64,000 nt of DNA, taken from positions 1 through 64,000 of the IMG/VR virus record IMGVR_UViG_3300046028_007828. One strand, written 5' to 3'. Positions 1 to 10,527 of the stretch are shown here, piece by piece (position 1 is the first letter of the stretch; the number at the start of each line of letters is the position of its first letter). Made by a program: the position numbers and the translations under genes. A model generated the notes under the pieces. The model saw nothing but the letters and a program-made list of their open reading frames with translations. It searched no databases and was not told where the DNA came from. This DNA comes from a virus.

Positions 1-1
1 T

Positions 2-2191
2 CATAAGATTTCTTTTTATAATTGCGATACTAACATAAAAGTTGTAGCAAGAACGCAAGATACACAATTTTTCGGTGAATATATTGATTTCAATGGAACA
101 TATTCATACGGCACAATTTCAAGCGGCTCCAATGGATTTTATGCGTTGACAAACCTTGAAAATTATTATCAATATCCAAGTGGGTCGGTAAATCTAATAG
201 CCAACGACGTAATTGGTACAGCCGAATTAGACCTTCGGGCTTCCGTGTTACAAGGAGAAGATGACGCAAATTCAATTGCATTGAGATTGTCAGCCGGGGC
301 AAATACAGAGGGCACTTCTCTTGATATTCAAAATTGGGGAACCGGAGTTCAAGTATTGAATTTTGGCAACTCTTCAAGTTTTGATATTGTGGGATCGATG
401 ATTCACGACTCCGTGAATTATGACTTCAATGTATTGCATCCTAATGCGTCGGGCAGATTCCAAGGAACTGCCGATCACGCGATGATCAATAATGCAAGCA
501 ATGACTTCTTCTGGAATTTCTTGGATAAAACAGACGGTGAACTTGATATAACAAGAAAAGTCTCGGTAACATTCGATGACGGTACACACACAGATGCATC
601 AACTCTAATCTTCAAGGGCAGTCCGATGGGTGTGATGCAAGGTGGCACAATTACAACATCTGGTAGTTTTACTATCAATACAGAAGCGGGATTTGGATAT
701 CTACAAGATTCTGTAAATTCAAGTTCATATCACCGATATGATTGGATTGATAGTAGTCTTGTACTTCCATCACATTCCGAATGTTATATTCATATCGACG
801 ACACAGGCACGTTGGCATATTCACTGTCCGAAGTTAATTATATAACAAATATTGTTCTTGGAAGAGTAATCACAAACGGTGCTGGTATAGAGATAATTGC
901 ACAATCTCGGTATGATGGCGAACATACTGCAAACAAGTTGTCGGAGTTCAATAAAGTTGCTCTTGGTTCTGTATATTCAAATGGATCTATTGTAACAGAT
1001 AGCGGTTCTTATAAGTTGAATGTAACTGCTGGTACATATTACTTCTCAGAAAATCGCTTTGATCCGTCCGGTGGTAATGGTATAACATTTTCACAATACT
1101 TCAGAAGTGCGTCTGCTTGGGATAGAAGCACAACATCCACGGTAGTTGGTAATGTATATGATTCTGGTTCAAGTGTGTTGGTTCCGTTGTCATCATCTGC
1201 ATACACAAAGCATACATTATATGCAATTGGACAAGGCGTGGATGAAAAATATATGATGGTAATTGGACAAGATCAATACACATCACTGCTTTTGGCAGAA
1301 AATGCGGGATTGCCAATACCGCCCACTTATTTTAAATATGCAATTGTTCCTATTGCATCTGTATATGTACAATCCGGATCGGCGAATATTATTCAAGTGG
1401 AAGATATTCGCCCAGTAATTGGATTCAAAGCGGGTGGTGTAAATGCTGCATCTGTTCATGGCAATTTGCTTGGACTGACTGCCGATAATCATAAGCAATA
1501 TCTATTGGTCTCTGGTGTAAGAGCAATGGATGGAAACTTGAACATGGGTGGTTATAATATCACCAACGCAAGTACAATAACTTCAACATTTACAGGTTCG
1601 TTGCTTGGAACATCAAGTTGGGCAGAAAAAGCAATAACATCTTCTTATACAACAAATGCCGAATCTGCGCAGACATCAATTAGTGCATCTTATGCAACAA
1701 CCGCATCATTTGTTGTAAGCGGTTCTTTTGCTACAACTGCATCATATGCATCAAGTACGGCAAACACCGGGCGTGAGATTGCAAGTTATATACCATTTAT
1801 ATCAACCGCTGGACAAACAGTGACATTGACAAGATTGGTCGCTGCCGTAACAGAAATTGGAACAGAACTTCGTATAAAAACAGATTTGACATATGTATCT
1901 TCATGCAGTCTAAGTCTGAGAGTTGAACGGGCATCTATTTTGACCGGACCGCAAATAAGAGTGCAATATTCAACAGATGAAGTTACATGGAACTATTTGA
2001 CTTCCAATGTTACAAATTATCCGACGGTTGCTCTGAACGCAGCAGGTTCGGCATATACAGGCAAAGAAGCCATCGTGTCGGGTGCTAAAGGTATTGTAAC
2101 ACTGAGACTTATTACAGTTGGCGGAGATGCTACTAATAATAGCACCGCGAGAGTAGGAAACGCAACTCTTGGCACTATATATACATTGTAA
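2..2191 (+). CDS. Virion structural/tail-fibre-associated protein, 5' truncated by the window edge
   Basis: The frame of ORF 146..2191 is open back to base 2. S/T/G-rich with SASYA-type repeats near the C-terminus; first gene of the fibre block. Confidence 0.6.
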   Translation, partial: HKISFYNCDTNIKVVARTQDTQFFGEYIDFNGTYSYGTISSGSNGFYALTNLENYYQYPSGSVNLIANDVIGTAELDLRASVLQGEDDANSIALRLSAGANTEGTSLDIQNWGTGVQVLNFGNSSSFDIVGSMIHDSVNYDFNVLHPNASGRFQGTADHAMINNASNDFFWNFLDKTDGELDITRKVSVTFDDGTHTDASTLIFKGSPMGVMQGGTITTSGSFTINTEAGFGYLQDSVNSSSYHRYDWIDSSLVLPSHSECYIHIDDTGTLAYSLSEVNYITNIVLGRVITNGAGIEIIAQSRYDGEHTANKLSEFNKVALGSVYSNGSIVTDSGSYKLNVTAGTYYFSENRFDPSGGNGITFSQYFRSASAWDRSTTSTVVGNVYDSGSSVLVPLSSSAYTKHTLYAIGQGVDEKYMMVIGQDQYTSLLLAENAGLPIPPTYFKYAIVPIASVYVQSGSANIIQVEDIRPVIGFKAGGVNAASVHGNLLGLTADNHKQYLLVSGVRAMDGNLNMGGYNITNASTITSTFTGSLLGTSSWAEKAITSSYTTNAESAQTSISASYATTASFVVSGSFATTASYASSTANTGREIASYIPFISTAGQTVTLTRLVAAVTEIGTELRIKTDLTYVSSCSLSLRVERASILTGPQIRVQYSTDEVTWNYLTSNVTNYPTVALNAAGSAYTGKEAIVSGAKGIVTLRLITVGGDATNNSTARVGNATLGTIYTL

Positions 2192-2199
2192 AATAACAC

Positions 2200-5100
2200 A
2201 TGTCTAATTACACAGTATTTACAAATATAATAAGTGGAAGCGAGGCAGAGATAGCTTCGATCACAGGTTCATTGAGTGGAACTGCGTCATATTCAATTAC
2301 TGCAAGTTATGCGTTGAGTTATAGTGGCACAAGCGGAACTTCGGGTACCAATGGAACAAGCGGCACCAACGGGTCGTCCGGTACTTCCGGAACAAACGGG
2401 TCGAGTGGAACATCTGGTACGAATGGAACTTCGGGTACCAATGGGACAAGTGGTACCAACGGTTCGAGTGGAACATCTGGTACGAATGGAACTTCCGGCA
2501 CCAACGGAACGAGCGGCACCAATGGTTCAAGTGGCACGTCCGGCACCAACGGTACGTCGGGTACAAACGGTTCGAGCGGCACAAGTGGCACAAACGGTAC
2601 GTCGGGTACAAACGGTTCAAGTGGCACGTCCGGCACCAACGGTACGTCGGGTACAAACGGTTCGAGCGGCACGTCCGGCACCAACGGTACGTCGGGTACA
2701 AACGGTTCGAGCGGCACGTCCGGCACCAACGGAACGAGCGGCACCAATGGTTCAAGTGGAACGTCGGGTACGAATGGAACAAGCGGAACCTCTGGCACAA
2801 ACGGTTCAAGTGGCACGTCCGGCACAAACGGTTCAAGTGGCACGTCCGGCACAAACGGTTCAAGTGGCACGTCCGGCACAAACGGTTCAAGTGGCACGTC
2901 CGGCACAAACGGTTCAAGTGGCACGTCCGGCACCAACGGAACGAGCGGCACCAATGGTTCAAGTGGAACGTCGGGTACGAATGGAACAAGTGGAACCTCT
3001 GGCACAAACGGTTCAAGTGGAACATCTGGCACAAACGGTTCAAGTGGAACATCTGGTGCAGGATTTACAACAATCAATAGCCCAAGCATAGGACGAGTAA
3101 TATTGTCTGACGGCTCGGTTAATGCTGCCACCGCATCAGCAAATTTGATTTATTCAGATAATGTATTTACAATCACGGGAAGTATTTTGGCTAATGGTGG
3201 TGTCACAGCATCTTTGTTTGGTACGAGCAGTTATGCTATTCAAGCATTAAGTTCTTCATATGCTACAACAGCATCACTTGCATTTGATACAAATATAAGA
3301 ATAACAGACACGCTATTTGTTGATCCAGTAAATGGTAATGACTCAACGGCCAAATCGGGAAGTTTACAGTATACATACAGATCTATTGCTGCCGCTGAAA
3401 GTGCTGGTGCAGTGAGTCAATCTATATATCTTTTAAATGGTGTAGCAACAGCCTCGGGATTGATTAAGTCGTTGAACTATTATCTATCAGAAGGATCAAC
3501 ATTAAAACTAAATCCTTCTAGTGCAGTTCCATTGTTTTATCTTACTGGCTCAAGTGCCAGTACACTAATTCAAATAAAAGTATCTGGTCCCGGTACGATT
3601 GACGCAACAATTAACTACGCTCCGGCAAGTTCAAGAGCAACTTTGATAGGAATGTATTCCAACGGAGTCAACGGATCAACTATTTCTGGCGGATCTTATA
3701 TCAATATTGATGTATATAAGATTATTGCCGGTATGGACAGTACTAATTACAACAGTAGTGCATGTGCAATAGATATTGAAGGATCAAACTATAGCATAGG
3801 AGCAACAATCAATGCCCATACTTTTGTTTTGAATAAAGGCTTGACTGGAGTTTCATACCTAGGTGCTCCGCTCGTGAAAGGAATTGGTTTTGCAAATTAT
3901 TGCAATGTCAATATAGAACAGGCGTTTTTCAGTTCAAATGGTATAGTTAAAAGTACTGTGTCAAGTGGTGGAAGAACGGTAATAAACATAAGCCAACTTG
4001 TAGATTCTGACATGTTTACTATGATTGTTGCTGATCCTGCTGGTGCCAATATATCGTTGTCCATAGAAAATGCAATAAATTCAAGCGTTGTTACACCAAT
4101 TATTGCAAAAAATGGTGGTGGAAATATATACTTAAAACTTCCTAGAGATTATAGCATCGTTCAGACAAATAACAATCAACCATATGGAATGTGGCTTGAT
4201 ATAAATGGAACAGTTGCGCTGGAAGGTATGTTTAACTTCGATACAGTTTCTCAATACGATTCAAGTCCCGTGTTAATAACGGGAAGCAATGCGTCCAATG
4301 TCATTTTTAGAAATTCGTACATTGGGAGGCTTATTTCAACTGGATCAAGTCCTGTAATATATTTCGGTTCAGGAACAAGCAACAAAACTCTTACACTTCA
4401 AGATTGCCATATCTATTCCACAGGAAGTACATATTCAATCGACGCGGCCCAATCACAAAATGTAACATTGATGGGCGGCAGAACAACCAGCACATATCAA
4501 TTTGGTCCAAATATAAACGTTGTTGATGCAGCATATACACATGGATCATCTTCATATGCACTAACTGCAAGTTATGCTTTGAATGGTGGTGGTGGTAGCG
4601 GTACCAATGGCACAAGCGGAACGTCGGGTACCAATGGCACAAGCGGAACGAATGGCACAAGCGGAACGAATGGCACCAACGGTTCGAGTGGAACGTCTGG
4701 TACGAATGGGTCGTCGGGAACGTCTGGCACAAATGGAACAAGCGGTACCAACGGTTCGAGTGGAACGTCTGGTACCAATGGCACGAGCGGCACCAATGGG
4801 TCGTCGGGAACGTCTGGCACAAATGGAACAAGCGGTACCAACGGTTCGAGTGGAACGTCTGGTACGAATGGAACTTCTGGTACCAATGGGTCAAGTGGTA
4901 CAAGCGGTACCAACGGTTCGAGTGGAACGTCTGGTACCAATGGCACGAGCGGCACCAATGGGTCGTCGGGAACGTCTGGCACAAATGGAACAAGCGGTAC
5001 CAACGGTTCGAGTGGAACGTCTGGGACAAACGGGTCGTCCGGAACCTCGGGTACCAACGGAACAAGCGGCACGAATGGTTCGTCCGGTACATCTGGAACA

Positions 5101-5748
5101 AACGGGTCAAGTGGAACATCTGGTACCAATGGGTCAAGTGGTACAAGCGGTACCAACGGTTCGAGTGGAACGTCCGGTACCAATGGCACGAGCGGCACCA
5201 ATGGGTCGTCGGGAACGTCTGGCACAAACGGAACAAGCGGTACCAACGGTTCGAGTGGAACTTCTGGTTCAAGTGGCACAAACGGTTCATCCGGAACTTC
5301 CGGGACAAACGGTTCGAGTGGAACGTCTGGTACCAATGGCACGAGCGGCACCAATGGGTCGTCGGGAACGTCCGGCACAAACGGAACAAGTGGAACGAAT
5401 GGCACAAGCGGCACGAACGGCTCATCGGGAACTTCTGGTTCAAGTGGCACAAACGGTTCATCCGGAACTTCCGGGACAAACGGGTCAAGTGGAACATCCG
5501 GGACAATTCCTGCCGGAACAGTTTCAAGCAGTGCTCAATTAAGTAATGGTGGTGGCACAGCGTTCGACAGTTCAAACGATGTCACATTTGGAAGCGTAAC
5601 TGCTTCTCTTGGTCTTCTTGGTACATCTTCATATTCTATTACTGCTTCATATGCTTTGAATGGTGGTGGAGGCGGTGGAGGAACTACTGGTATAACATCT
5701 CAACAAGTTTTAGCACTATTTATAGCATATCCAAACAGAATGATTTGA
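2200..5748 (+). CDS. Long fibre-like virion protein with two Gly-X-Y (GTS/GTN/GSS) repeat blocks flanking a probable beta-helix domain
   Basis: Gly at every third residue in two long blocks. The central region begins LFVDPVNGNDSTA...YRSIAAA, typical of pectin-lyase-like beta-helix starts. Confidence 0.7.
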   Translation: MSNYTVFTNIISGSEAEIASITGSLSGTASYSITASYALSYSGTSGTSGTNGTSGTNGSSGTSGTNGSSGTSGTNGTSGTNGTSGTNGSSGTSGTNGTSGTNGTSGTNGSSGTSGTNGTSGTNGSSGTSGTNGTSGTNGSSGTSGTNGTSGTNGSSGTSGTNGTSGTNGSSGTSGTNGTSGTNGSSGTSGTNGTSGTSGTNGSSGTSGTNGSSGTSGTNGSSGTSGTNGSSGTSGTNGSSGTSGTNGTSGTNGSSGTSGTNGTSGTSGTNGSSGTSGTNGSSGTSGAGFTTINSPSIGRVILSDGSVNAATASANLIYSDNVFTITGSILANGGVTASLFGTSSYAIQALSSSYATTASLAFDTNIRITDTLFVDPVNGNDSTAKSGSLQYTYRSIAAAESAGAVSQSIYLLNGVATASGLIKSLNYYLSEGSTLKLNPSSAVPLFYLTGSSASTLIQIKVSGPGTIDATINYAPASSRATLIGMYSNGVNGSTISGGSYINIDVYKIIAGMDSTNYNSSACAIDIEGSNYSIGATINAHTFVLNKGLTGVSYLGAPLVKGIGFANYCNVNIEQAFFSSNGIVKSTVSSGGRTVINISQLVDSDMFTMIVADPAGANISLSIENAINSSVVTPIIAKNGGGNIYLKLPRDYSIVQTNNNQPYGMWLDINGTVALEGMFNFDTVSQYDSSPVLITGSNASNVIFRNSYIGRLISTGSSPVIYFGSGTSNKTLTLQDCHIYSTGSTYSIDAAQSQNVTLMGGRTTSTYQFGPNINVVDAAYTHGSSSYALTASYALNGGGGSGTNGTSGTSGTNGTSGTNGTSGTNGTNGSSGTSGTNGSSGTSGTNGTSGTNGSSGTSGTNGTSGTNGSSGTSGTNGTSGTNGSSGTSGTNGTSGTNGSSGTSGTNGSSGTSGTNGTSGTNGSSGTSGTNGTSGTNGSSGTSGTNGSSGTSGTNGTSGTNGSSGTSGTNGSSGTSGTNGSSGTSGTNGSSGTSGTNGTSGTNGSSGTSGTNGTSGTNGSSGTSGSSGTNGSSGTSGTNGSSGTSGTNGTSGTNGSSGTSGTNGTSGTNGTSGTNGSSGTSGSSGTNGSSGTSGTNGSSGTSGTIPAGTVSSSAQLSNGGGTAFDSSNDVTFGSVTASLGLLGTSSYSITASYALNGGGGGGGTTGITSQQVLALFIAYPNRMI
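2323..3060 (+). repeat. Coding 9-bp-unit repeat block 1 (GTS/GTN/GSS), including 5 exact 27-bp copies at 2794-2928
   Basis: GGCACAAACGGTTCAAGTGGCACGTCC x5 read directly; the other units are synonymous variants. Confidence 0.9.
4597..5505 (+). repeat. Coding 9-bp-unit repeat block 2 (GTS/GTN/GSS)
   Basis: Same tripeptide repeat with longer-range duplicated segments. Confidence 0.9.
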
Positions 5749-5784
5749 TATATATATAAACAACGACACAACTTATAAAATATT

Positions 5785-6234
5785 ATGGCACAAAATACAT
5801 CACCAATATTCGGACTGACGCCAAGAATAGGCACAGGAAATATAACACAAACTGCCACTTCCCCAAGAAGTGATGGCGTTGGTACAGTTGGAACAAATTT
5901 ATTTCTTAGTTTCACTGCTGGTCCTTCTGGCAGCTTTGTTCAAAAAGTAAGATTCTTTTCTGTTGCCACTGCACCAACAACAGGCATTGCAACAGTGTTG
6001 AGAACATTTTATAGCACAGTTGGAACTGGCACTCTAGTTGCCGCAGATGCCGCACTTCTTGGAGAAATTTCCGTGGGTGCGCTCGCAGCTGCCAATGCTA
6101 CAAACGCCACAAACTTTTATGAACTTCCGCTAAATTTTGCAATGCCAGCAAACACATACATTCTTGTGTCTCAACATGCTGCGCAAACAGCCAATCAAAA
6201 TTGGAAAGCATTTGTGATAGCCAGCGATTACTAA
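5785..6234 (+). CDS. Small virion structural protein (hypothetical)
   Basis: 149 aa, A/T/G-rich, co-oriented in the fibre block. Confidence 0.5.
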   Translation: MAQNTSPIFGLTPRIGTGNITQTATSPRSDGVGTVGTNLFLSFTAGPSGSFVQKVRFFSVATAPTTGIATVLRTFYSTVGTGTLVAADAALLGEISVGALAAANATNATNFYELPLNFAMPANTYILVSQHAAQTANQNWKAFVIASDY

Positions 6235-6252
6235 AAAAATATATAAATAGTT

Positions 6253-7215
6253 ATGAATTTTCCTGCTACACAACTAGATGTATTTGGCATTCCCTCAAAT
6301 TTCAAAGGGGATGTTCAGATATTTCATGCCAACAATCAATCCACCATAAATCATCAACCGTGGATAAAACCGCGTGGTACAACCATGTCATATATGATTG
6401 CTATTTCCGGTGGTGGCGGAGGTGGCGGCGGGCATACCAAAGCATCTGGTACGAACGGAGGTGGAGGAGGCGGTGGTGCATGTTCTGGGATAGCAAGATT
6501 GATGGTTCCGAGTTTTTTATTACCAGATACATTATATGTACAAGTTGGGCAAGGTGGGTTGGGCGGTGCCGCCGGTGCCGCCGGTTCTGCGGGCACCAAT
6601 TCTTATATATTGTTTTCTCCTCTTGCGTTTCTTGCTCAAAATAGTTTACTGTCTTCCAACACCAATGCGCCCGGTGGCGGTGGTGCTGGTACACTAACGC
6701 TGGTTGGTACTGTTGGCAGTATTCCAACGATTGCAGGAACTTCAGTTGAAGGTTCAATTGGAATTTTTGCGTCTACGGTTGGATTGATTGGAGTTACTGG
6801 AGGCGCGGTTGCCGGTGGAAACGGAACTTCGGTTACTGCTTGGGCCGCTCTGCCCATGAGTCCCGGTGCAGGTGGTGGTGGTGGACCGAATGATTCTGGT
6901 ACTAGTAACGGTGGAAATATCACCGCGACATCTGCAATAAATTTTACAAATTTGAATTTCCCGATTACGGCTGGAGCACTTGCACTTGGTGGTACTGCCG
7001 GATCAACGTCGGCAAATATAGGAAGTGCCGGTGTTTCTTTGTTGAATCCATTTTATCAAACTGGAGGTGCCGGTGGAGGAACTGGTACAACATCCACAGG
7101 AGGTGACGGTGGTAGAGGAGGTATAGGATGTGGAGGCGGTGGTGGTGGAGCAGGACTCGTTGGAGGACGTGGCGGAAATGGTGGCAATGGACTTGTTGCT
7201 ATATTCTCATGGTAA
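6253..7215 (+). CDS. Glycine-rich tail-associated protein, paralogue A1
   Basis: Poly-Gly runs; WxKP...GGGGGGGG...GG.SG.ARL..PSF.LPD.LY pattern; ends ..SW. Confidence 0.65.
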   Translation: MNFPATQLDVFGIPSNFKGDVQIFHANNQSTINHQPWIKPRGTTMSYMIAISGGGGGGGGHTKASGTNGGGGGGGACSGIARLMVPSFLLPDTLYVQVGQGGLGGAAGAAGSAGTNSYILFSPLAFLAQNSLLSSNTNAPGGGGAGTLTLVGTVGSIPTIAGTSVEGSIGIFASTVGLIGVTGGAVAGGNGTSVTAWAALPMSPGAGGGGGPNDSGTSNGGNITATSAINFTNLNFPITAGALALGGTAGSTSANIGSAGVSLLNPFYQTGGAGGGTGTTSTGGDGGRGGIGCGGGGGGAGLVGGRGGNGGNGLVAIFSW

Positions 7216-7218
7216 AAT

Positions 7219-8178
7219 ATGATACATTATCCATCAACTCCCAGTGATCTCAATGATCTACCGTATCCAAGTAATTGCGATGTTCAATTATTTGTTGGTG
7301 GAATAGGAACTGGTGGCAGTAATGACAATTGGAAAATTTGGAACAAGCCAAAATATTCTAGTATGGTCAGCATACTTGCTATAGGTGGTGGCAGTGGTGG
7401 CGGTGGTGGATTTCAGCGGACAGCTGGCGGAGACGGAGGCGGCGGAGGCAGCGGTGGCAGCGGTGGCTTGGCCAGATTGACAATACCATCATTTTTTCTG
7501 CCAGATATTTTGTATATATTGGCCGGTGATGGAGGTCAAGGCGGTGCCGCGAGCACCGCTGGTATAGCTGGTGGTATATCATATGTTTCATTTTCTTCAA
7601 TATTGGAAACTCAAAATGTATTGATTCGATCAAATGCTGTCGCTGCCGGTGGTGGCGGCGGTGCTGCTGCAACAGGAACGGCAGCGTTTGGTGTAGCTGG
7701 TACCATATCCACTATTACCGTTGGCGCTGCTTTTGGCATTTTCTCTGGAAGTGCAGGTCAAAATGGTCAACTTGGAACAAATGGCACCGGCAATACTACC
7801 GGTAACTCATTGAGTGTTTGGGGATCTGTGCCAATATCCGGCGGTGCGGGCGGCGCATCTTCGACCGGAGGTACGGCAGCGGGCGGAGCATTAACCGCAG
7901 CCGGTATAGCAACGAGTTTTACATATTTGAACTGGCCAACAACAGCAGGTGCGGTTGCTGCGGGTGGAGCGGCCACAGGCGGTCGCGGAAGTGCCGGTGT
8001 GAATGTATGGAAGCCGTTTCGCAGTTCTGGTGGGGCTGGGGGCGGTACAAACGACACTACAGGCGGAGATGGTAATAGTGGAGGCATAGGTTCTGGCGGT
8101 GGTGGCGGCGGCGCTGGTGTAACTGCTGGCAGAGGAGGCAACGGTGGGCCGGGAATGGTAATGATCATGTCATGGTAA
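7219..8178 (+). CDS. Glycine-rich tail-associated protein, paralogue A2
   Basis: Collinear with 6253..7215 (WNKPK, ARLTIPSFFLPDILY, C-terminal GRGGNGG.G.V...SW). Confidence 0.65.
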   Translation: MIHYPSTPSDLNDLPYPSNCDVQLFVGGIGTGGSNDNWKIWNKPKYSSMVSILAIGGGSGGGGGFQRTAGGDGGGGGSGGSGGLARLTIPSFFLPDILYILAGDGGQGGAASTAGIAGGISYVSFSSILETQNVLIRSNAVAAGGGGGAAATGTAAFGVAGTISTITVGAAFGIFSGSAGQNGQLGTNGTGNTTGNSLSVWGSVPISGGAGGASSTGGTAAGGALTAAGIATSFTYLNWPTTAGAVAAGGAATGGRGSAGVNVWKPFRSSGGAGGGTNDTTGGDGNSGGIGSGGGGGGAGVTAGRGGNGGPGMVMIMSW

Positions 8179-8205
8179 TGCATTCATCTAAAATATAAAA
8201 AGAAT

Positions 8206-8448
8206 ATGAAAATACAAATACAATCTTTAACATACAGAGCGGGAATTGGAAATTATCTTGAAGTAATTTCTGTTTATGGAAATCCGGCGATAAATATAAA
8301 ATGGCAAATTTTGACAGATATTGGACACGTTCTTGAATCGGGGGACATTCAAATGTCATTAGATCAATGGGAAAATTGGCCAAGCGGACCAGACAATAAT
8401 TATATAGAAAATATTGCTGCTGGATATTTGGGCGTGGCTCTATTATAA
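8206..8448 (+). CDS. Hypothetical protein
   Basis: 80-aa ORF filling the gap in the co-oriented block. Confidence 0.5.
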   Translation: MKIQIQSLTYRAGIGNYLEVISVYGNPAINIKWQILTDIGHVLESGDIQMSLDQWENWPSGPDNNYIENIAAGYLGVALL

Positions 8449-8504
8449 TAAACAATATGCGCGTTCTTTGTCGATAGTTATAATAATTATATACATATAA
8501 ATTT

Positions 8505-10481
8505 ATGTCAAATACACTTCCAACAAAAATGTCGCAGTTCGAAAATACAAATTCTCTAGGTTTGGGGAGTTTTCTCGTTGGGTTGGGATTAAATGGAAGC
8601 GGACAGACAATCAATGTAAAAATATCCGAGACTTCTGCTTCATATCATCTAGGAAAAAATAGATGGATTTTTCCGGCAGTAACAAGTTCATCTGATCCTC
8701 GTGGGGACAATGGAGCAGAATCGTTTGACTCGGTTGGAAATTATTGGATAAAATCCGGAAGCACGTGGATTGTAAATTCAACAACATCAACCAGTGCTAG
8801 TTACTCGGAAACTGCATCGGTGTCGAGCTATTCAATTTCTTCGAGTTATGCATCTTCCACAAAAAGTGCGAGCTATTCAACGACGGCGGCGAGTGCAAGC
8901 TACGCAATATCAGCCAGTTACACATCGACTACAACAAGTGCAAGTTATTCTATATCATCAAGTTTTGCATTAACTACATCTAACGCAACAAGTGCAAGTT
9001 ATTCTAGCACATCGAGTTATTCGTTAACTACAACAAGTGCAAGTTATTCTGATGCATCAAAATCTTCTAGCTTTTCTGCAACTTCTACTTCCGCCAGTTA
9101 TTCGATATCGGCAAGTTTTTCTACTACGAGCATATCATCTAGCAACAGTGTAACTTCGAGTTTTTCATTGACGGTTACGTCGGCAAGTTTTTCTGGGCAA
9201 GCAAACACTTCAAGCTATGCACTAACATCTATAGCAAAAACTGGTTCTTTATATTCCAGATTAGTAAAGAACACCGCGTCAAGTTTAACCAATCCAGTTA
9301 CTCAAACATCTTGGGTAAAAGCAGACACTTTTAATGTAAGAGATTATGGTGCAATCGGAAATGGAACAACCGACGATACTTCTGCAATATTAGCGGCTGT
9401 CAGCGCGTCCGTAATGTCCGGCGGAGGAACAGTATATTTTCCAGACGGAATATATTCTATTTCATCATCCGTCATTGTTCCTAGCAATCCACAATGCGAC
9501 ATCGCATTGGTTGGAAATGGCTCAAACGTCTCAATAATAAAACAAAATGGTTCGGCCAACGGAATATATTTCAACATGGATAACGGCGGAACCGGCGACC
9601 AAATTTATCAAGTGTTAATAGATAAAATTGGATTGTGGGCAAATACTACAACACAAACTGCCATCACAGTAACATATGGAACAACGAGTGTGTCAGCACA
9701 TCAAAATACATCCGTTATTATCAATGATGTTCATATTCTTTCGGACGGTTCAAATTATTGGTCAAATGGAATTGTATTAGAATCGGCATGGAATTTCCAA
9801 ATTAATAAGGCAATGGTGGTAGGAAACGCCGCAGCTTATACAGGCAGCGCATTAGAAATTAAAAGAATGTGCGTCAATGGCACTATTCATCAATCTCAAT
9901 TTAATTTCTGGGACACGGGCATTTATGTAAATACCGCAGATTATTCTTCTGCTGGGCAGAATACCGAAGGATTATTAATGAACCAATTATTCATGGTTCC
10001 AGTAAGACGAGGAATTTATGCAGCCGGTAATGGAGGATTTACTGCAATTGCTGGATTGGATTGGGCAAATCGCCCGGTCGCAGGAAGAATTGCACTATTA
10101 ACTTTAACCAATAGCCACATCGACTCAAGAAATTCCGGAACTCCAATATCTTTAAACAATGTTGAAGGACATTATATCACAAATAATTTCTTAATTTGTG
10201 ATGGGTCCGGAAGCTTGATTAGTTATAATAACGCATATGAAGGAAATCTGATTGGTAATACTTTATACAATGCTGGGTCCGGCCCCTCTGTTTATGTTGG
10301 TGGGTTCACTGGGTCGGCCAACGTCATGACTGCCAATATTTTGCGCGGCGGTTCCACCCATTTTTATTTGGAATCCAGTTCTATGTATAATAAGGTTTAT
10401 GGTAACACAGGAGCAAACTTTTTGACTCCAACGGTCGTAGATTTAGGCACGAGCAATTTGGTCGGAAGTTCTGGAACTTAA
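8505..10481 (+). CDS. Tailspike-like protein: Ser/Thr-rich SASY-repeat stalk plus pectate-lyase-3-type beta-helix
   Basis: FNVRDYGAIGNGTTDDTSAI...GGGTVYFPDGIY is the classic start of Pectate_lyase_3 phage tailspikes. Confidence 0.75.
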   Translation: MSNTLPTKMSQFENTNSLGLGSFLVGLGLNGSGQTINVKISETSASYHLGKNRWIFPAVTSSSDPRGDNGAESFDSVGNYWIKSGSTWIVNSTTSTSASYSETASVSSYSISSSYASSTKSASYSTTAASASYAISASYTSTTTSASYSISSSFALTTSNATSASYSSTSSYSLTTTSASYSDASKSSSFSATSTSASYSISASFSTTSISSSNSVTSSFSLTVTSASFSGQANTSSYALTSIAKTGSLYSRLVKNTASSLTNPVTQTSWVKADTFNVRDYGAIGNGTTDDTSAILAAVSASVMSGGGTVYFPDGIYSISSSVIVPSNPQCDIALVGNGSNVSIIKQNGSANGIYFNMDNGGTGDQIYQVLIDKIGLWANTTTQTAITVTYGTTSVSAHQNTSVIINDVHILSDGSNYWSNGIVLESAWNFQINKAMVVGNAAAYTGSALEIKRMCVNGTIHQSQFNFWDTGIYVNTADYSSAGQNTEGLLMNQLFMVPVRRGIYAAGNGGFTAIAGLDWANRPVAGRIALLTLTNSHIDSRNSGTPISLNNVEGHYITNNFLICDGSGSLISYNNAYEGNLIGNTLYNAGSGPSVYVGGFTGSANVMTANILRGGSTHFYLESSSMYNKVYGNTGANFLTPTVVDLGTSNLVGSSGT

Positions 10482-10527
10482 TCCGAAAAATACAATCTTT
10501 GGGTTATATATATAGACATAGAAATCT

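Noticed and set aside
2794-2928. Exact 27-bp tandem repeats as a possible CRISPR array
   Set aside because: No spacers, in-frame coding, and no cas genes in the window.
2297-5575. Long alternative-frame and antisense ORFs over the Gly-X-Y blocks (e.g. VPLVPDVPLEP repeats)
   Set aside because: By-products of a stop-free 9-bp repeat; they start and end with the repeats.
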